From NCBI GenBank assembly GCA_028826165.1, contig JAPDFW010000059.1, positions 992,001 to 1,056,000 on the forward strand: a DNA stretch of 64,000 bases, given 5' to 3'. Position numbers and translations under genes: made by a program. This document shows positions 1 through 13,154 of this stretch, piece after piece. Each line of letters begins with the position of its first letter. The first letter of the stretch is position 1. The stretch comes from Anaeramoeba ignava BMAN (lineage: Eukaryota; Protista; Anaeramoebae). Under the pieces are notes generated by a model. It saw only the letters and a list, made by a program, of their open reading frames with translations. It was not told where the DNA came from and did not search any database.

Positions 1-59
1 TTTGTAGTTCTAAAATATCAAGAGAATTAATAAGACGCGTGTTTTTGATTTTCTCGAAG

Positions 60-2061
60 ATGAGTCTTAGCCAAGACTCCAATGCGCATCGACAAGAGAA
101 TATGGCTCTTGTTGTTCAGGAAGATGTGATTGGGGATGAGGAGCGCCACAAAAGTGCCGAACAAATGGCACATTTTTCTCTTTCCAAAACAGTAGGAGAT
201 CAAATAGAGAGGCGGAAGATTTTGCAGAGAAAAGATCAAGAGATTGAGATGACTGTGTCGCCATTGATCAGAGTGAATTCTGAGAAGAAGCGTCCCGAGG
301 CGCACAAGCATTTAACGAGCACAACACAGTTGTATATACCTTATTATGAGAAGCAGAGCGGCGACAAGGAGAGAACTCAAGTGAAGAATCAAACAAAGGT
401 TTATGTCTTGGATTCGCAATACAATAAAGTTTCTATGGGAGAAATTTTCTTATATCAAGAACACTTTGAAATGGATTTTCCTAATTATAACATACAAAGA
501 TTTTATTCTCCTTTTTCTTACTTAAAACAAACTAAGGAAATTCCTTATCGTTATAAATTCTCAATTGACGAAGTGGAGTTTCTAAGCATTGAATTTATCT
601 CCACTAAAGACGGCAAAAAATTCGCCAGTATCTTCAACAACGCCATTGCGCAATACTGTCTTGAAAAACAATATATTTCTCGTTACACTGAACCACATGT
701 TTTCAAAAATTGCTTTTTTGTTTCTGATGTTGGATCAATCTCAGGTTCAATCGCACTCGATTATAGTTCATTCAAAATCACCACTTCGGTCGATGTTTTT
801 TCTCGCGAATATTCTCTCAATAACAACATTGAGATCCCCTCTCCTAATTCCGCCCTCTCAATACTCACAATCGAACCCGGAAAAACAATCACTATTCGTT
901 TTCCTGATTTTCAAACTAATTCCCGTTTTCAAACCGTTTTCAATGAGTTTCATCAACGCTACTTCACGCAATCACTCGCAAAGAATTTTTCCGCTTCCTT
1001 CTTCTTGATTCTTGAGTCTCTTCCTGATCCTGTTCTTCAGATCAAATGCGAAGCTACTTTGTCAGATGGAGCAATCGCATTTTTTCATCAAGACCGAAAA
1101 ATCCAAATTTACAACACAAAAAACACCATCATCTTCGATTCCTCAAACGCATCTCAACTCCGCATGCAACTTCCCAATGCGGGATTTGTTAAATTGACAT
1201 TTTCCAAGTCTCAAGAAAAAAACCGATTTTTAACCGCCTCTCGGAAATGTAATTTTGGCGAGTATTTCCCAAAGAACTCGTGGCATTTTCGCGTCTCTCG
1301 TGTAGACAATTCTTCCTCATTTGTTTCTGGCTCACTTAGTTTCCATGAGGAAAATCTTTTTCTTGTATTCGGTAATGATGTCCAAAAGGTCCGTATTTTG
1401 GAGGTTGAATTGTTTGTTCATAAAGCAAATAAAGATCTTTTACAATTGCATTTTATTGGTCGTTCCAGTATACTTATTTTCTTTCAAAATCCTAAAAGCA
1501 AGGCTATAATGATTAGAAACTTCAATAAGATCAAGCTTTCTTTATTAACTCAATTTGAAAATAAAGCAAATTATGAATCAGAACCCGAAATTTCAGAAAA
1601 TTTAAATGAGAATGAAAATGAAAATGAGAATGAAAATGAAAATCAAAATGAAAATGAAAATTTAAATGAAAATGAGAATCAAAATGAAAATCAAAAATCA
1701 AAATCAAAATCAAAATCAAAATCAAAATCAAAATCAAAATCAAAATTTAAATAATTCTACTCCAAAACCTGTTTTTAATTCCCCAATTTCTTCTACTTTT
1801 GATGTCCAACTTCTTGATAAACTTTTTCATCCTATTCAATCTTATCAATTTATTCTTTCAAATAAATATTTTACTTTTGTTAAAGATCTTGAAACTGATC
1901 AATTTAATTACAATCAAATCAATTTATCTTTCTTTGAGAATTTACTTTATGTTACGATTAATACTAAAAATAACGAACAAACTTTTTCTTTTGAAAAAGT
2001 AGAAGATTTAATCAGGTTCAAAAAAGAATTTAAACAAAGATTAATTGATTCTCAAAATTAA
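60..2061 (+). CDS. Hypothetical protein with ~5 tandem PH-like domains; apparent +1 frameshift in an NQ repeat
   Basis: ATG at 60 is in frame with ORF 39-1754. Removing one A from the A5 run at 1693-1697 joins it to ORF 1666-2061. A beta-strand-F-x7-helix pattern recurs about every 95 aa. The domain call is pattern-based only. Confidence 0.6.
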
Positions 2062-2887
2062 CTTTTTTTTTTTTTTTCATTTTCTTTTTTTTTTTTTTCC
2101 ATTTTATTTTCTTTTTCTTTTCAAAAAAGGAAATAAAATGAAAAATAACAACTCATTTATTTTTTTTCCATTTAATTTCCTTTTTATTATTATTATTTTT
2201 TATATTTTTTGCTTTCTTTCTTCTTTTAAATGGATCTTTTTTATTTATTTAATTGATCAATTCTTTATTTATTTTTTTTATTTTTTTTTATTGCTTTTTC
2301 CACATTTTTTTTTTCAATTATAATCTTTTATTAAAATAACCCAAAAAATTATAAATTTATTAAATATTAAATAATTTGAAATCTTTTTCTTGATTTTATT
2401 GATTTTATTTATTTTTTATTCATTTTATTTATTTTTCGTTTTTTCCACTTTTTAAACAATAAAATTATTTTTAAATTTTAAAACAATTTTTAATACTCAT
2501 TTTAATTAAGTCCATGTTTAAAAATAATAATTTTTTAATTATTTTATTGATCATTTCCAAAAATAAAAAAAAAAATAATTTTTAATTAAAAAAATTTAAA
2601 AAATTCAAACAATAAATAACAAAAATAAGGAAAGGATCGAATAAACGAAAATTACAAAAGCATTTCTATTTATTTTTTTAAACGATTTTTTTTTCCAATT
2701 TTTCCTTTTTAAAAAATTTTTTTCTTTTTTATTTTTTTTTTTCATTTTTTTTCATTTTCTTTCTTTTTTTTTCCTTTTTAATAATAACAATAACAATAAA
2801 AAAAAAAAAGCAAATTTAAAAAAAAAATTTAAAAAACAAATTTAAAAACAAATTAAAAGTAAAAAGTAATAAGTTATAAGTAATAAA

Positions 2888-5800
2888 ATGGGGTGTAAAT
2901 TTTCTACAAAAAAAATTTCACAAAAAGACTCAAAACGTAACAAAGATATTGAAATTAGATTACAAAGTGATTATAAGAAAGAACAAAATAAAACGAAAAT
3001 AATTTTATTAGGTGAGAATTTTCCAAAACAAAATGATAGAAAAAAAACACACGAAAATTTTTCAATCAAATAAATGATTGATTTTATATTTTTTTATTTT
3101 TTTATTAATTTATTTTTTTATTTATTTTTTTTTATTTATTTAGGAACTGGTGAATCAGGAAAAGTAATTAGTTTTTTTACTTTATTTTTTTTTATTAAGA
3201 ATTTTTTTCCTTTTTTTATTTGATATTTTTTTTTAGAGTACTTTAATTAAACAACTTTCTTTATTATTTTCAAATGGTTTTGATGAAGATGATTTTGTTA
3301 CTTATCGAGATACAATTAGATCTAATATTTTATTTCATATGAATATTTTACTTCAAGAAGCGACTAAACTTAAAATTAAACTTGAAGAACAAAATCAAGT
3401 AAATTTTCTATTTTAAATTTTTCAATTTATTTTCTCTTCATTTTTCTTTTTCTGATCTTTTTATAATTTTTATTTTGGAAAAATTTAATTGATCGATTTT
3501 TTTTTCATAAATTTAAATTTTTTTATTTCAATGAGTCATCTATTTTTTAATTTAAAAATGATTTATTTATTATCAAAATTTAATTAAATCCCAAATTGAG
3601 AGATCAAATTATAAAAAATTATTTCTAAAATTTATTTCATTTATTGATCAATTTAACCATTTTAATGATTATTTTAAAAAGTTAATTGCGGAAAACTTTC
3701 TTAAGAAAGAATATTGTTTACCAAACGATTTAAATCCAGAAACAACAGAACAAATCAATTTATTATGGAAAGATCCGAATATTAGAAAAGTTTATGATTT
3801 AAGAAGTTCTTTTTCACTTCCAGATTCTTGTAGTTAGTACGTATTTATATATTTATAATATTTATTTATAATATTTATTTATATTTATTTATATATTTAT
3901 AATATATATTTATAATATATTATATTTATTATATTTATATTTATAATATTTATATTTATAATATTTATAATATTTATTTATAATATTTATATTTATAATA
4001 TTTATTTATAATATTTATAATTTATATTTATAATATTTATTTATAATATTTATATTTATTTATATTTATATTTACAATATTTATTTATAATATTTATTTT
4101 ATAATATTTATTTATATTATATTTATTTATATTTATTTATATTTATATTTACAATATTTATATTTATAATATTTATTTATAATATTTATATTTATAATAT
4201 TTATAATATTTATAATATTTATAATATTTATATTTATAATATTTATAATATTTATTTATAATATTTATATTATTTATAATATTTATATTTATAATATTTA
4301 TATTTATAATATTTATATTTATAATATTTATTTATAATATTTATTTATAATATTTATATTTATAATATTTATATTTATAATATTTATAATATTTATATTT
4401 ATAATATTTATATTTATAATATTTATATTTATATTATTTTCAGTTACTTCGATGAAATTGATAGAATAGTTGCTCAAGAATATAAACCAACTTCAAAAGA
4501 TATCTTACTTTGTAGAATTCCAACAACTGGAATTAACTCTATTGATTTCCAAAATAAAGACTTACTTTGGGAGTAAAAAAATAACACAATTTTTCAATGA
4601 ATGAATATTTGATATTCTTGGAAATGAGAAAGAGTTTTTGTTGTTTTTTAGGTGAATCAAAATCAAAAAGAAAACCAAAAAATCAAAGAAAAGAAAAAAT
4701 AAAATTTTTGGATTAATGATTTTTTTCTTTCCAAAAGGAGAAAGATCAAAAATTTGCCCGATTCTCAAAAAATTTTTTGATTTGAGGCAAAAAAAATTTT
4801 TTTTTTTTGGTTCAGTAGATCCAAATAAAATTTCATTCCAAAAAAATTCAAGATCAACATACGATTAATGTTTCAATATTGGGATATTTATTTGTCAATT
4901 TGACATCAAATTCATCCAAAGACTTTTTGAAGAAATTTTGATCGCAAATCAACTTAATTTTTCATAGTGGAGAAAAATAAAAACTTGTTGATGTAGTGAA
5001 AAAACTAACGATTTTATTTTATTCTTTTTGATCGATCAGACGCAACCTGTGCAAATTTTCGATGAAAAGAACATGCTTACCTTATCTTGTTGGAAAATAA
5101 TCACGAGATGAAATTTTGCACAGGTTGGGGCAACCCTATTTTTTCGATCATTTTTGTAATTAGAGAAATTTTAATCAAATCAACTTATTCATTTTGTCAT
5201 TTTGTGAGAATAATCATTTTAGAATTGAATGAAGAGAACAATATATTTAAGACAGGTAGTTCATTCCAAAAAAAAAATTAATTGAAAACAAATTCAAAAA
5301 AATTTTAAAAAAAAAAAAATTTCAAAAATCCAAAAATCAGTTAATCAAAATTTCCTTAAGAAAATGAATGAATTTGACAACAGAAAACAACAAAACTCTT
5401 TCTCATTTCTCGTGTTTGAATTTTGTCTCAAAAATAATTCCTTCATTCAAAAATTGTGTTAATCACAAAAAAAAAAAATTAAATAAAAATACTTATTTTG
5501 TTTAATAATGAATTATCAATCATTTTCTTTTTGAAAAATAGAGTAATTGATGTTGGTGGACAACGTTCTGAAAGAAGAAAATGGATTGATCATTTTTATG
5601 ATGTTGATTTCTTGATTTATATTGTTGCAACAAGTGAATATGACCAGAAACTATTTGAAGACTTAACTGTTAATAGAATGGAAGAATCTTTAACTATGTT
5701 TCAATCAATTATGAAAATTCCTGCTTTTGCAAATAAACCTTGTGTTTTACTTTTGAATAAGATTGATCTTTTTGAAGAAAAGATTAAAAAAATTTCTATT

Positions 5801-6084
5801 AAATCTTTATTTCCTGAATATTTAGGTGATGATGATCCTACTTCTTGTTTGAAATTTATTGAACAAAAATTCTTTGATTTAGTTGATAATTCTCATCAAA
5901 TTTTTTCTATTTCTTGTTGTGCAACTGAAACTGATAAAATGAGAGACGTTTTTGTAATTTAATTTTTATTATTAATTTTTAATTTCAAATTATTTTTATT
6001 TTAATTTTTAATTTTTATTTTTATTATTTTTATTTTTAGGATCAAATTAACAAATACTTTGCCCAAAATTCTAAAAAAATTTAA
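2888..6084 (+). CDS. Heterotrimeric G-protein alpha subunit (7 exons)
   Basis: Exons 2888-3011, 3144-3163, 3237-3398, 3682-3836, 4444-4572, 5542-5953, 6040-6084, all GT-AG and frame-consistent. N-terminal MGC; motifs LLGTGESGKST, RIPTTG, DVGGQRSERRKW, NKID, CAT. Confidence 0.95.
3840..4435. repeat. A/T microsatellite (ATATTTATA-type) filling G-alpha intron 4
   Basis: Almost pure A/T tandem units between GT (3837) and AG (4443). Confidence 0.9.
4582..5461. mobile_element. Non-autonomous foldback/MITE-like element in G-alpha intron 5
   Basis: Imperfect terminal IR 4582-4607 / 5436-5461 (TAACACAATTTTT...AAAAATTGTGTTA). Second IR block 4621-4648 / 5383-5409. Central IR 5043-5060 / 5110-5127. 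Possible TA TSD. No coding capacity. Confidence 0.7.
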
Positions 6085-6406
6085 TCAATAAGAAAAATTA
6101 GTTTATCTTTTATCCTTTTTTTATCTTTTATCTTTTTTTGTGTTTATTTGCTCAATCAAATTAAATTCATTGAAAAATTATTTTTGAATCAATTTTTCTT
6201 TTAAAAAAAAAACAAAAAACAAAAAACAATTTAATTATTTTAAATTTAAATTTTTAATTATAAAAATATTCAAAAAAAAAAAAATTTTATAATGTAATGA
6301 AATTGAAAAAAAAAATAAAAAGAAAAGTTTTGCAAGATAAGTTAAACGAAAACAAAATCTTCAAAAAAAAAAAAGATAATTGATAATTGAAAGAAAAAAA
6401 TCTAAA

Positions 6407-9400
6407 TTATTTTTCCATTGGATAAGCTTTAAAATATTTCAATAATTCTTCATAAGTTATAGGAGGTGAATAATTATCATTTGAATTTGAATCTTCTTTT
6501 GAATTTTCTTTTAAATTTTCATTTAAATTTTCTTTTAAATTTTCATTTAAATTTTCTTTTAAATCTGATTTTAAATTTTCATTTAAATTTTCATTTAAAT
6601 TTTCATTTAAATCTGAATTTAAATTTTCTTTTAAATTTGAATTTAAATTTTCATTTAAATCTTCTTTTGAATTTTCATTTGAATTTTCATTTAAATTTGA
6701 ATTTAAATTTGATTTTAAATTTTCATTTGAATTTTCACTTAAATCCTCATTTGAAGAGTCAAAAGAAATTATCCTACTTTTTGTTGATCTTGGACTTAAA
6801 GGTAACCTAAATGGACCAACAAATCTTCGAGAATGAGTTTGAATTTCATCAAAATCAAAATTTGGATCATTTTCAAGTTCAAAAATTGCATTATCTTCAG
6901 AATCTTCAACTCTTTCTTTTGATTCAACCTCAGATTCAGAAAGAAAATCATCAGAATCTTCATCAAATTCAAATTCATCAGTTTCTATATTATCGAGTTT
7001 TTGAATAATTTGTTCATTCCAATGAAGAATAGTGGAAATACCAGTTATCCAGTCCGAATTAGTATTTATTTTGTTGATTGTTATTAAATAATAAGGAGTT
7101 GTTGAAATTGCAACATAATCTCCATTCAAAAGATTAGCTTTAGATTTCCCATCAATTGAAATTTCTGCACAACCTCGACTATTAAGTGGAACTTGGACTG
7201 TTAGCACAGAATAATCAGGGAAAATCAACGGACGATTTGATAATGAATGTGGACAAATTGGTGTGAAAAGGATGCATGGAACATTCGGGCAAATCATAGA
7301 TCCTCCCGCTGAAAGAGAATATGCTGTTGATCCTGATGGTGTCGAGATAATAATCCCATCAGCTTGTATTCTTGTGAAAGAAACGTTATCGCAATAGCAT
7401 TCTAAATTAGATAGCCATGGTCCTCCTCCTCGACTTATTACAATTTCATTTAATGATTCAAATTCTTCAAATGTTTTTGTTTCGTATGAATATTTTTGTG
7501 ACAGTAATCTCTCTCTTAATGTCACATGAAAATTTCCTTTTAAAACTGAAAAAATAATCTTTTCATGTTCTTCAAAATCTATTTCAAATAAAATTAGTCA
7601 TTTCAAAAATGAATTTCTTTTTCTTTCTATTTTATTTTTACCAAAAATTGCTAAAAATCCAAGTATTCCATAATGAAATGCAAGTATAGGAGGAATATGT
7701 TGATTTTTAAAAAGAGTGCAAGCATGAATAACTGTTCCATCTCCTCCAATAGTTATAATGAAATCAATAACTTTATTCAAATCACTTTGTTGTTCTATAT
7801 TTTCGTTATAAATAAAAAAAAAATACCAATTTTAATTCAAAAACAAAAACAAAAATAAAAATATTTACCAATATCAAATAGAGTATAAGAAGGTAAATCT
7901 TGAACTGCAGAAGGTTCAATAAATACTTTTAATTTCAAAGTAATCAAAAAATTTATAATAGTTTGAGCCATTTTTGTAGTTTTAGGATCTTTCCATTTTT
8001 TGATTACTAAAACATTTTTTGGTTGACCATTCCAATTAATTTTAACCTGATAATATAAAATAATTATTTATTAATTTAATTATTAAATTATTTATTAAAT
8101 TAATTATTAAATTATTTATTAAAATATTTATTAAATTATTTATTAAATTATTTATTAAGGTGGAGTCATCAGTGAAAATTTTTCTTAACTTTTTTGTTAT
8201 TTCATCAATAAACAAACAAAAAAACAAATCTATCTAATTTTTTATTTTTAATATTAAAAATGTTTTCTCAAGATCTAGATCAAAATTAAAAAAAAAATTT
8301 TTTTTCAAGCTCAATTCTTGATCAGTTTTGATCCTCTTTTTAATTGAAAATAAGTGTAAAAATTCAAATTGAGGGAAATTGAAATCATTTTTTTCTTTTG
8401 CAAATTTTAAAATGGGTAAAAGAAAGCAACCATGCTGTGTCTGTGGCCATTGGTTTGAGAATTACTGGAATCGACCAGATACAATAATAATTTCACTTGA
8501 TTTTGAAAAATTTGAATCACCATTCATATGTCAAGGATGCTACAGAACCAATTATAGAATGGTAAGTTTAATCGGGAAAAAGTGAGGAAAAGTGAAACAA
8601 AGAGTTTAGACGATTTGTTCAAGTTGAGGAAAGAAGATTTCATACAAAAAAAATCAGCCCCAACCAGCCCCACTTGAGCAAAGTGAAAAAATTAACGGTC
8701 CTTATTGATTTTTTTTCTTTTTTTTCTTAATAAAAAATTATTTCATCTACAAAAATCAAAATTAAATCAAGAAGTTATTTTAAAATTGAAGAAACCTCTC
8801 TTTTGCAATTTTAAGAATTTTTCATAAGTAAAACTCTTTTCAAAATAAATGTAAATTTATGTTTTTTTAATTTAAATTTGTCTTTCAAAAATTATCAAAT
8901 TATGAAAAAAGAAGTTGAAACTGAAACTGAGAGTAGAATAAAAAAAGAAACAAAATGAAATTCTCATATCTTAGTTGTTTTTTATTACAAATTTTCTTTC
9001 AATTTTATTGAATTTTTTTTTTTCATTTAACGTCAACTAATTTTGTTTTGGTTTTTATAGTTAAAAAGAAGAGAAAAGCCAAATGAAAATAAGGATCAAA
9101 TTCAAGAAAAGGAAAAAACTAATAATATAATTGATCCAGAATGGAAAACTAATGTAACACCTCAACAAGTTGTTGTGGCGAGTTTAATGTCAGGTTTGTT
9201 TTACTCACAATACTCCATGGTTTTCTCCTTATTGGGAATAGAAATTGTTAGTGAGACACAATTTAACAGAATTTGTCGAGATTATGGGAATGATATCCAA
9301 TACTTATTAGATCAAGCACTTGATTTCAATCGACAATGTAAGTAAAAAAATCATTCAACCCAAAGTGTAGATCTTTATTGATTTTTTTTTAGCGAGTAAC

Positions 9401-12400
9401 TTGAAAGAGCTCAAAATTGCTCTTGATGGAGGATGGTCACATAGAGGATGGAAAGCAAGAGAATCATCTACCATATTTTTTGATGTAGATCAGAATTCTA
9501 TTTTTGATGTTATTCATGTAACTCGCAGGCAAGGGTATAAAGGATTTTCTAATCAAATGGAAAAAGAAGCAGTAAACAGATTTGGACAAAAATGGAAAGA
9601 TAAAATAACACTCCACACATTAATTCATGATAATTGTAAAAATATAAAATCAGTTGTTCAAGGATATTGGCCCAAAGTTCAAGAACAATTAGATGTTTCC
9701 CATTATGGAAAAAATATTCGAAAAAAAATTGAAAAATCTGGAAAAAAATTTCATTCACTGGAAGGAAAAGGTCAGAGTGTGAAGAACTGGTTTCGTTCAT
9801 CGATCGAAAGTAGCAATGGAGATGTGAAAAGATTTAATGAATTGATGCAGTTGGGAGTGAACCATTATGAAAATAAGAATCATGACCATTGTAGTCAATG
9901 TAAACAGAAAAAGCAAAATCCAAATTATTGGATTAGTGACCCAAATGAACAAAAAGAGTTTGAACGGCACATTGAAAACATCATAAAAGATTCAGACAAA
10001 ATAATTGGTGGTTATAACACAAACTCTTGCGAATCTTTTTTTAGTTCAAAAACAAAGTATATTCCAAAAAGGATAAATGCCCCGTCCCAGTATGAATTTC
10101 GCGTCAATATGGCGGTACTTGATCGAGAATGTCCAGCATGGAGAGAATTGTTAAGTGAGCAATGGGGATGGAAGATTCCAGAAGTATTTTATAATATACA
10201 AAAAAGAAAAGATCAAAAGAAACAACATAAACAAAACTCCCAAAAATTACAAAAAAACAAGAAAAATAATCAAAAATAAAATTTATCAAAGATCTTTATT
10301 TTAGTTTTTTGTTTTCCAAAAAAAAATATTATTAAATGAAAAAAAATCCAAAAATGAATTATGATGTCTCCCCCTTAAATTATTTATTAATTTATTTATT
10401 ATTTATTAAATTATTTATTAAATTATTTATTAAATTATTTATTATTTATTAAATTATTTATTAAATTATTTATTTATTAAATTATTTATTAAATTATTTA
10501 TTAATTTATTTGTTAATTTATTTATTAATTTATTTATTAATTTATTTATTTATTTATTAATTTATTTATTAATTTATTTATTAATTTATTTATTAAATTA
10601 TTTATTAATTTATTTATTAATTTATTTATTAATTTATTTATTAATTTATTTATTAATTTATTTATTAAATTATTTATTAATTTGTTTATTAATTTATTTA
10701 TTAATTTATTTATTAATTTATTTATTAATTTATTTATTAAATTATTTATTAATTTATTTATTAATTTATTTATTAATTTATTTATTAAATTATTTATTTA
10801 TTAATTTATTATTAAATATATTTTATTAATTTATTTATTAATTTATTTATTAATTTATTTATTAATTTATTTATTAATTTATTTATTTATTTATTTATTA
10901 ATATATTTATTAATTTATTTATTAATTTATTTATTAATTTATTTATTAATTTATTTATTAAATTATTTATTTATTAATTTATTATTAAATATATTTATTA
11001 ATTTATTTATTAATTTATTAATTTATTTATTAATTTATTTATTTATTAATTTATTTATAATTTATTTATTAATTTATTTGTTAATTTATTTATTAAATAT
11101 ATTTATTAATTTATTAATTAATTTATTTATTTATTCATTTATTAATATATTTATTAAATTATTTATTTATTCATTTATAAAAATATTTATTAAATTATTT
11201 ATTAATTTATTTATTAATTTTATTTATTAAATTATTTATTAATTTATTTATAAAATTATTTATAAAATTATTTATTATTTATTAATTTATTTATAAATTT
11301 ATTTATTAATTTATTTATAAATTTATTTATTAATTTATTTATTAATTTATTTATTAATTTATTTATTAATTTATTTATTAATTTAATTATTAATTTTTAT
11401 TTAATTTATTTATTAAATTTATTTATTAAATTATTTATTAATTTATTTATTAATTTATTTATTAAATTATTTATTAATTTATTTATTAATTTATTTATTA
11501 ATTTATTTATTAATTTATTTATTAATTAATTTTATTTATTAATTTATTTATTAATTTATTTATTAATTTATTTATTAAATTTATTTATTAATTTATTTAT
11601 TTAATTTATTTATAAAATTTATTTTATTTATTAATTTATTTATTAATTTATTTATTAATTTATTTATTAATTTATTTATTTATTTATTTATTAATTTATT
11701 TATTTATTTATTTATTAATATATTTATTAATTTATTTATTAATTTATTTATTAATTTATTTATTAATTTATTTATTAATTTATTTATTTATTTATTTATT
11801 AATTTATTTATTAAATTATTTATTAATTTATTTATAAAATTATTTATAAAATTATTTATTAATTTATTTAAGAATTTATTTATTAAATTATTTATTAAAT
11901 TATTTATAAAATTATTTATTAAATTATTTATTAAATTATTTATAAATTTATTTATAAAATTATTTATAAATTTATTTATAAAATTATTTATTAATTTATT
12001 TATTAATTTATTTATTAATTTATTTATTAATTTATTTATTAATTTATTTATTAATTTATTTATTTATTTATTTATTAATTTATTTATTAATTTATTTATT
12101 AATTTATTTATTAATTTATTTATAAAATTATTTATTAATTTATTTATTAAATTATTTATTAAATTATTTATTAATTTATTTATTAATTTAATTAATTTAT
12201 TTATTAATTTATTTATTAATTTATTTATTAATTTATTTATTAATTTATTTATTAAATTATTTATTAATTTAATTATTAATTTATTTATTAATTTAATTAT
12301 TAATTTATTTATTAATTTATTTATTAATTTATTTATTAATTTATTTATTAATTTATTTATTAATTTTATTTATTAATTTATTAATTAATTTATTTATTAA

Positions 12401-12785
12401 TTTATTTATTAATTTATTTAAGAATTTCCTCTTTCTAAATTGTTTTGATTATTGTGTATTTTTTTAATTAAAAAAGGAGAAAAATTTTTTTTTAATTTTA
12501 TTTTACAGCTTTTGTACAACGATTACTTTGAGTTATCTCTGAATAATTAGAAGTAAATTCTTTAAGTTGAGTGGTATTATAACTTAAACTTCTTGTTAAA
12601 GAACACTCAACTCTTTCTTTTTAATTAAAAAAAAAATTAAAAAAAAAAAAAAAGAAAAAAGATCAATTTTATTTTTAATTAAAAATTTCAATTAAAATTT
12701 ATTTTTTAAGTTTATATCCGTTTTTTTTACCTGTATCATTACTATCTTGATTAATATATTTTAATTGATACTTGTCACTTTCCAT
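6407..12785 (-). CDS. NADK: NAD kinase (5 exons) with a 4.46-kb intron and an acidic/N-rich C-terminal tail
   Basis: Exons 12785-12731, 12616-12507, 8046-7869, 7794-7642, 7578-6407. Motifs WNGQPKNVLVIKK, GGDGT, LNE, QADGIIISTPSGSTAYSLSAGG, PICPHSLS. The two 5' exons are inferred from splice sites and phase. Confidence 0.9.
8159..10374 (+). mobile_element. Kolobok-type DNA transposon (2216 bp)
   Basis: TTAA duplicated at 8155-8158 and 10375-10378. GG...CC termini with a 13-bp imperfect TIR (GGTGGAGTCATCA vs GGGGGAGACATCA). Internal DDE transposase. Confidence 0.85.
8412..10279 (+). CDS. Spliced DDE transposase (~437 aa) with N-terminal CxxC...CxxC zinc finger
   Basis: Exons 8412-8561, 9061-9337, 9393-10279 with GTAAGT donors and T-rich TAG acceptors, in frame. 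Motifs ALDGGWSHRG, IHD, DVSH, TNSCESFFS. Extra exons within 8562-9060 are not excluded. Confidence 0.8.
10379..12420. repeat. ~12-nt A/T microsatellite (TTATTTATTAAT/A)n in NADK intron; continues at 8062-8158
   Basis: Direct reading; the same unit lies on both sides of the Kolobok element. Confidence 0.95.
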
Positions 12786-13154
12786 CTACAATTTTTTTTC
12801 CTTAAACTTTTTTTTTTTTATTTTATTTTGGATTAAAAATTTAAATTTAAAAAATTTTAGATTGAAATTAAAAGAAAAAAAATTAAATTGAAAATAAAAT
12901 GGATTTGATTAAAAAAAAAAAGAAAAAAAAATAATTAAAGAAAAAAGAAAAAAGAAAAAAAATGAATTTTAATTTTTTTTTTCATTTTAAATAAAAAAGA
13001 ATTTAAAATTAAAAGAATTTAGCAAAAAATTTGACACTTCTCATTAATTTATTTCTATTTAACGTGGCAACGCTTATTCATTATTTTGAAAAAAAATTTT
13101 TTCTTTCGATCTTTTACTATAAATGATCCTAAATATCTTTTATATCCCCCTTTT

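Noticed and set aside
4585-5458. Transib/RSS-like CACAAT termini for the G-alpha intron element
   Set aside because: The flanking 5-mers (AATAA and TTAAT) are not a direct duplication, so the 5-bp TSD expected for Transib is missing.
8155-10378. piggyBac assignment based on the TTAA TSD
   Set aside because: The termini are GG..CC rather than CC..GG, and the transposase motifs are not piggyBac-like.
12421-12440. Possible extra NADK micro-exon (TTTAG|AAAGAGGAAATTCT)
   Set aside because: It hits an in-frame stop with no donor site. Exon 2 joins exon 3 in phase without it.
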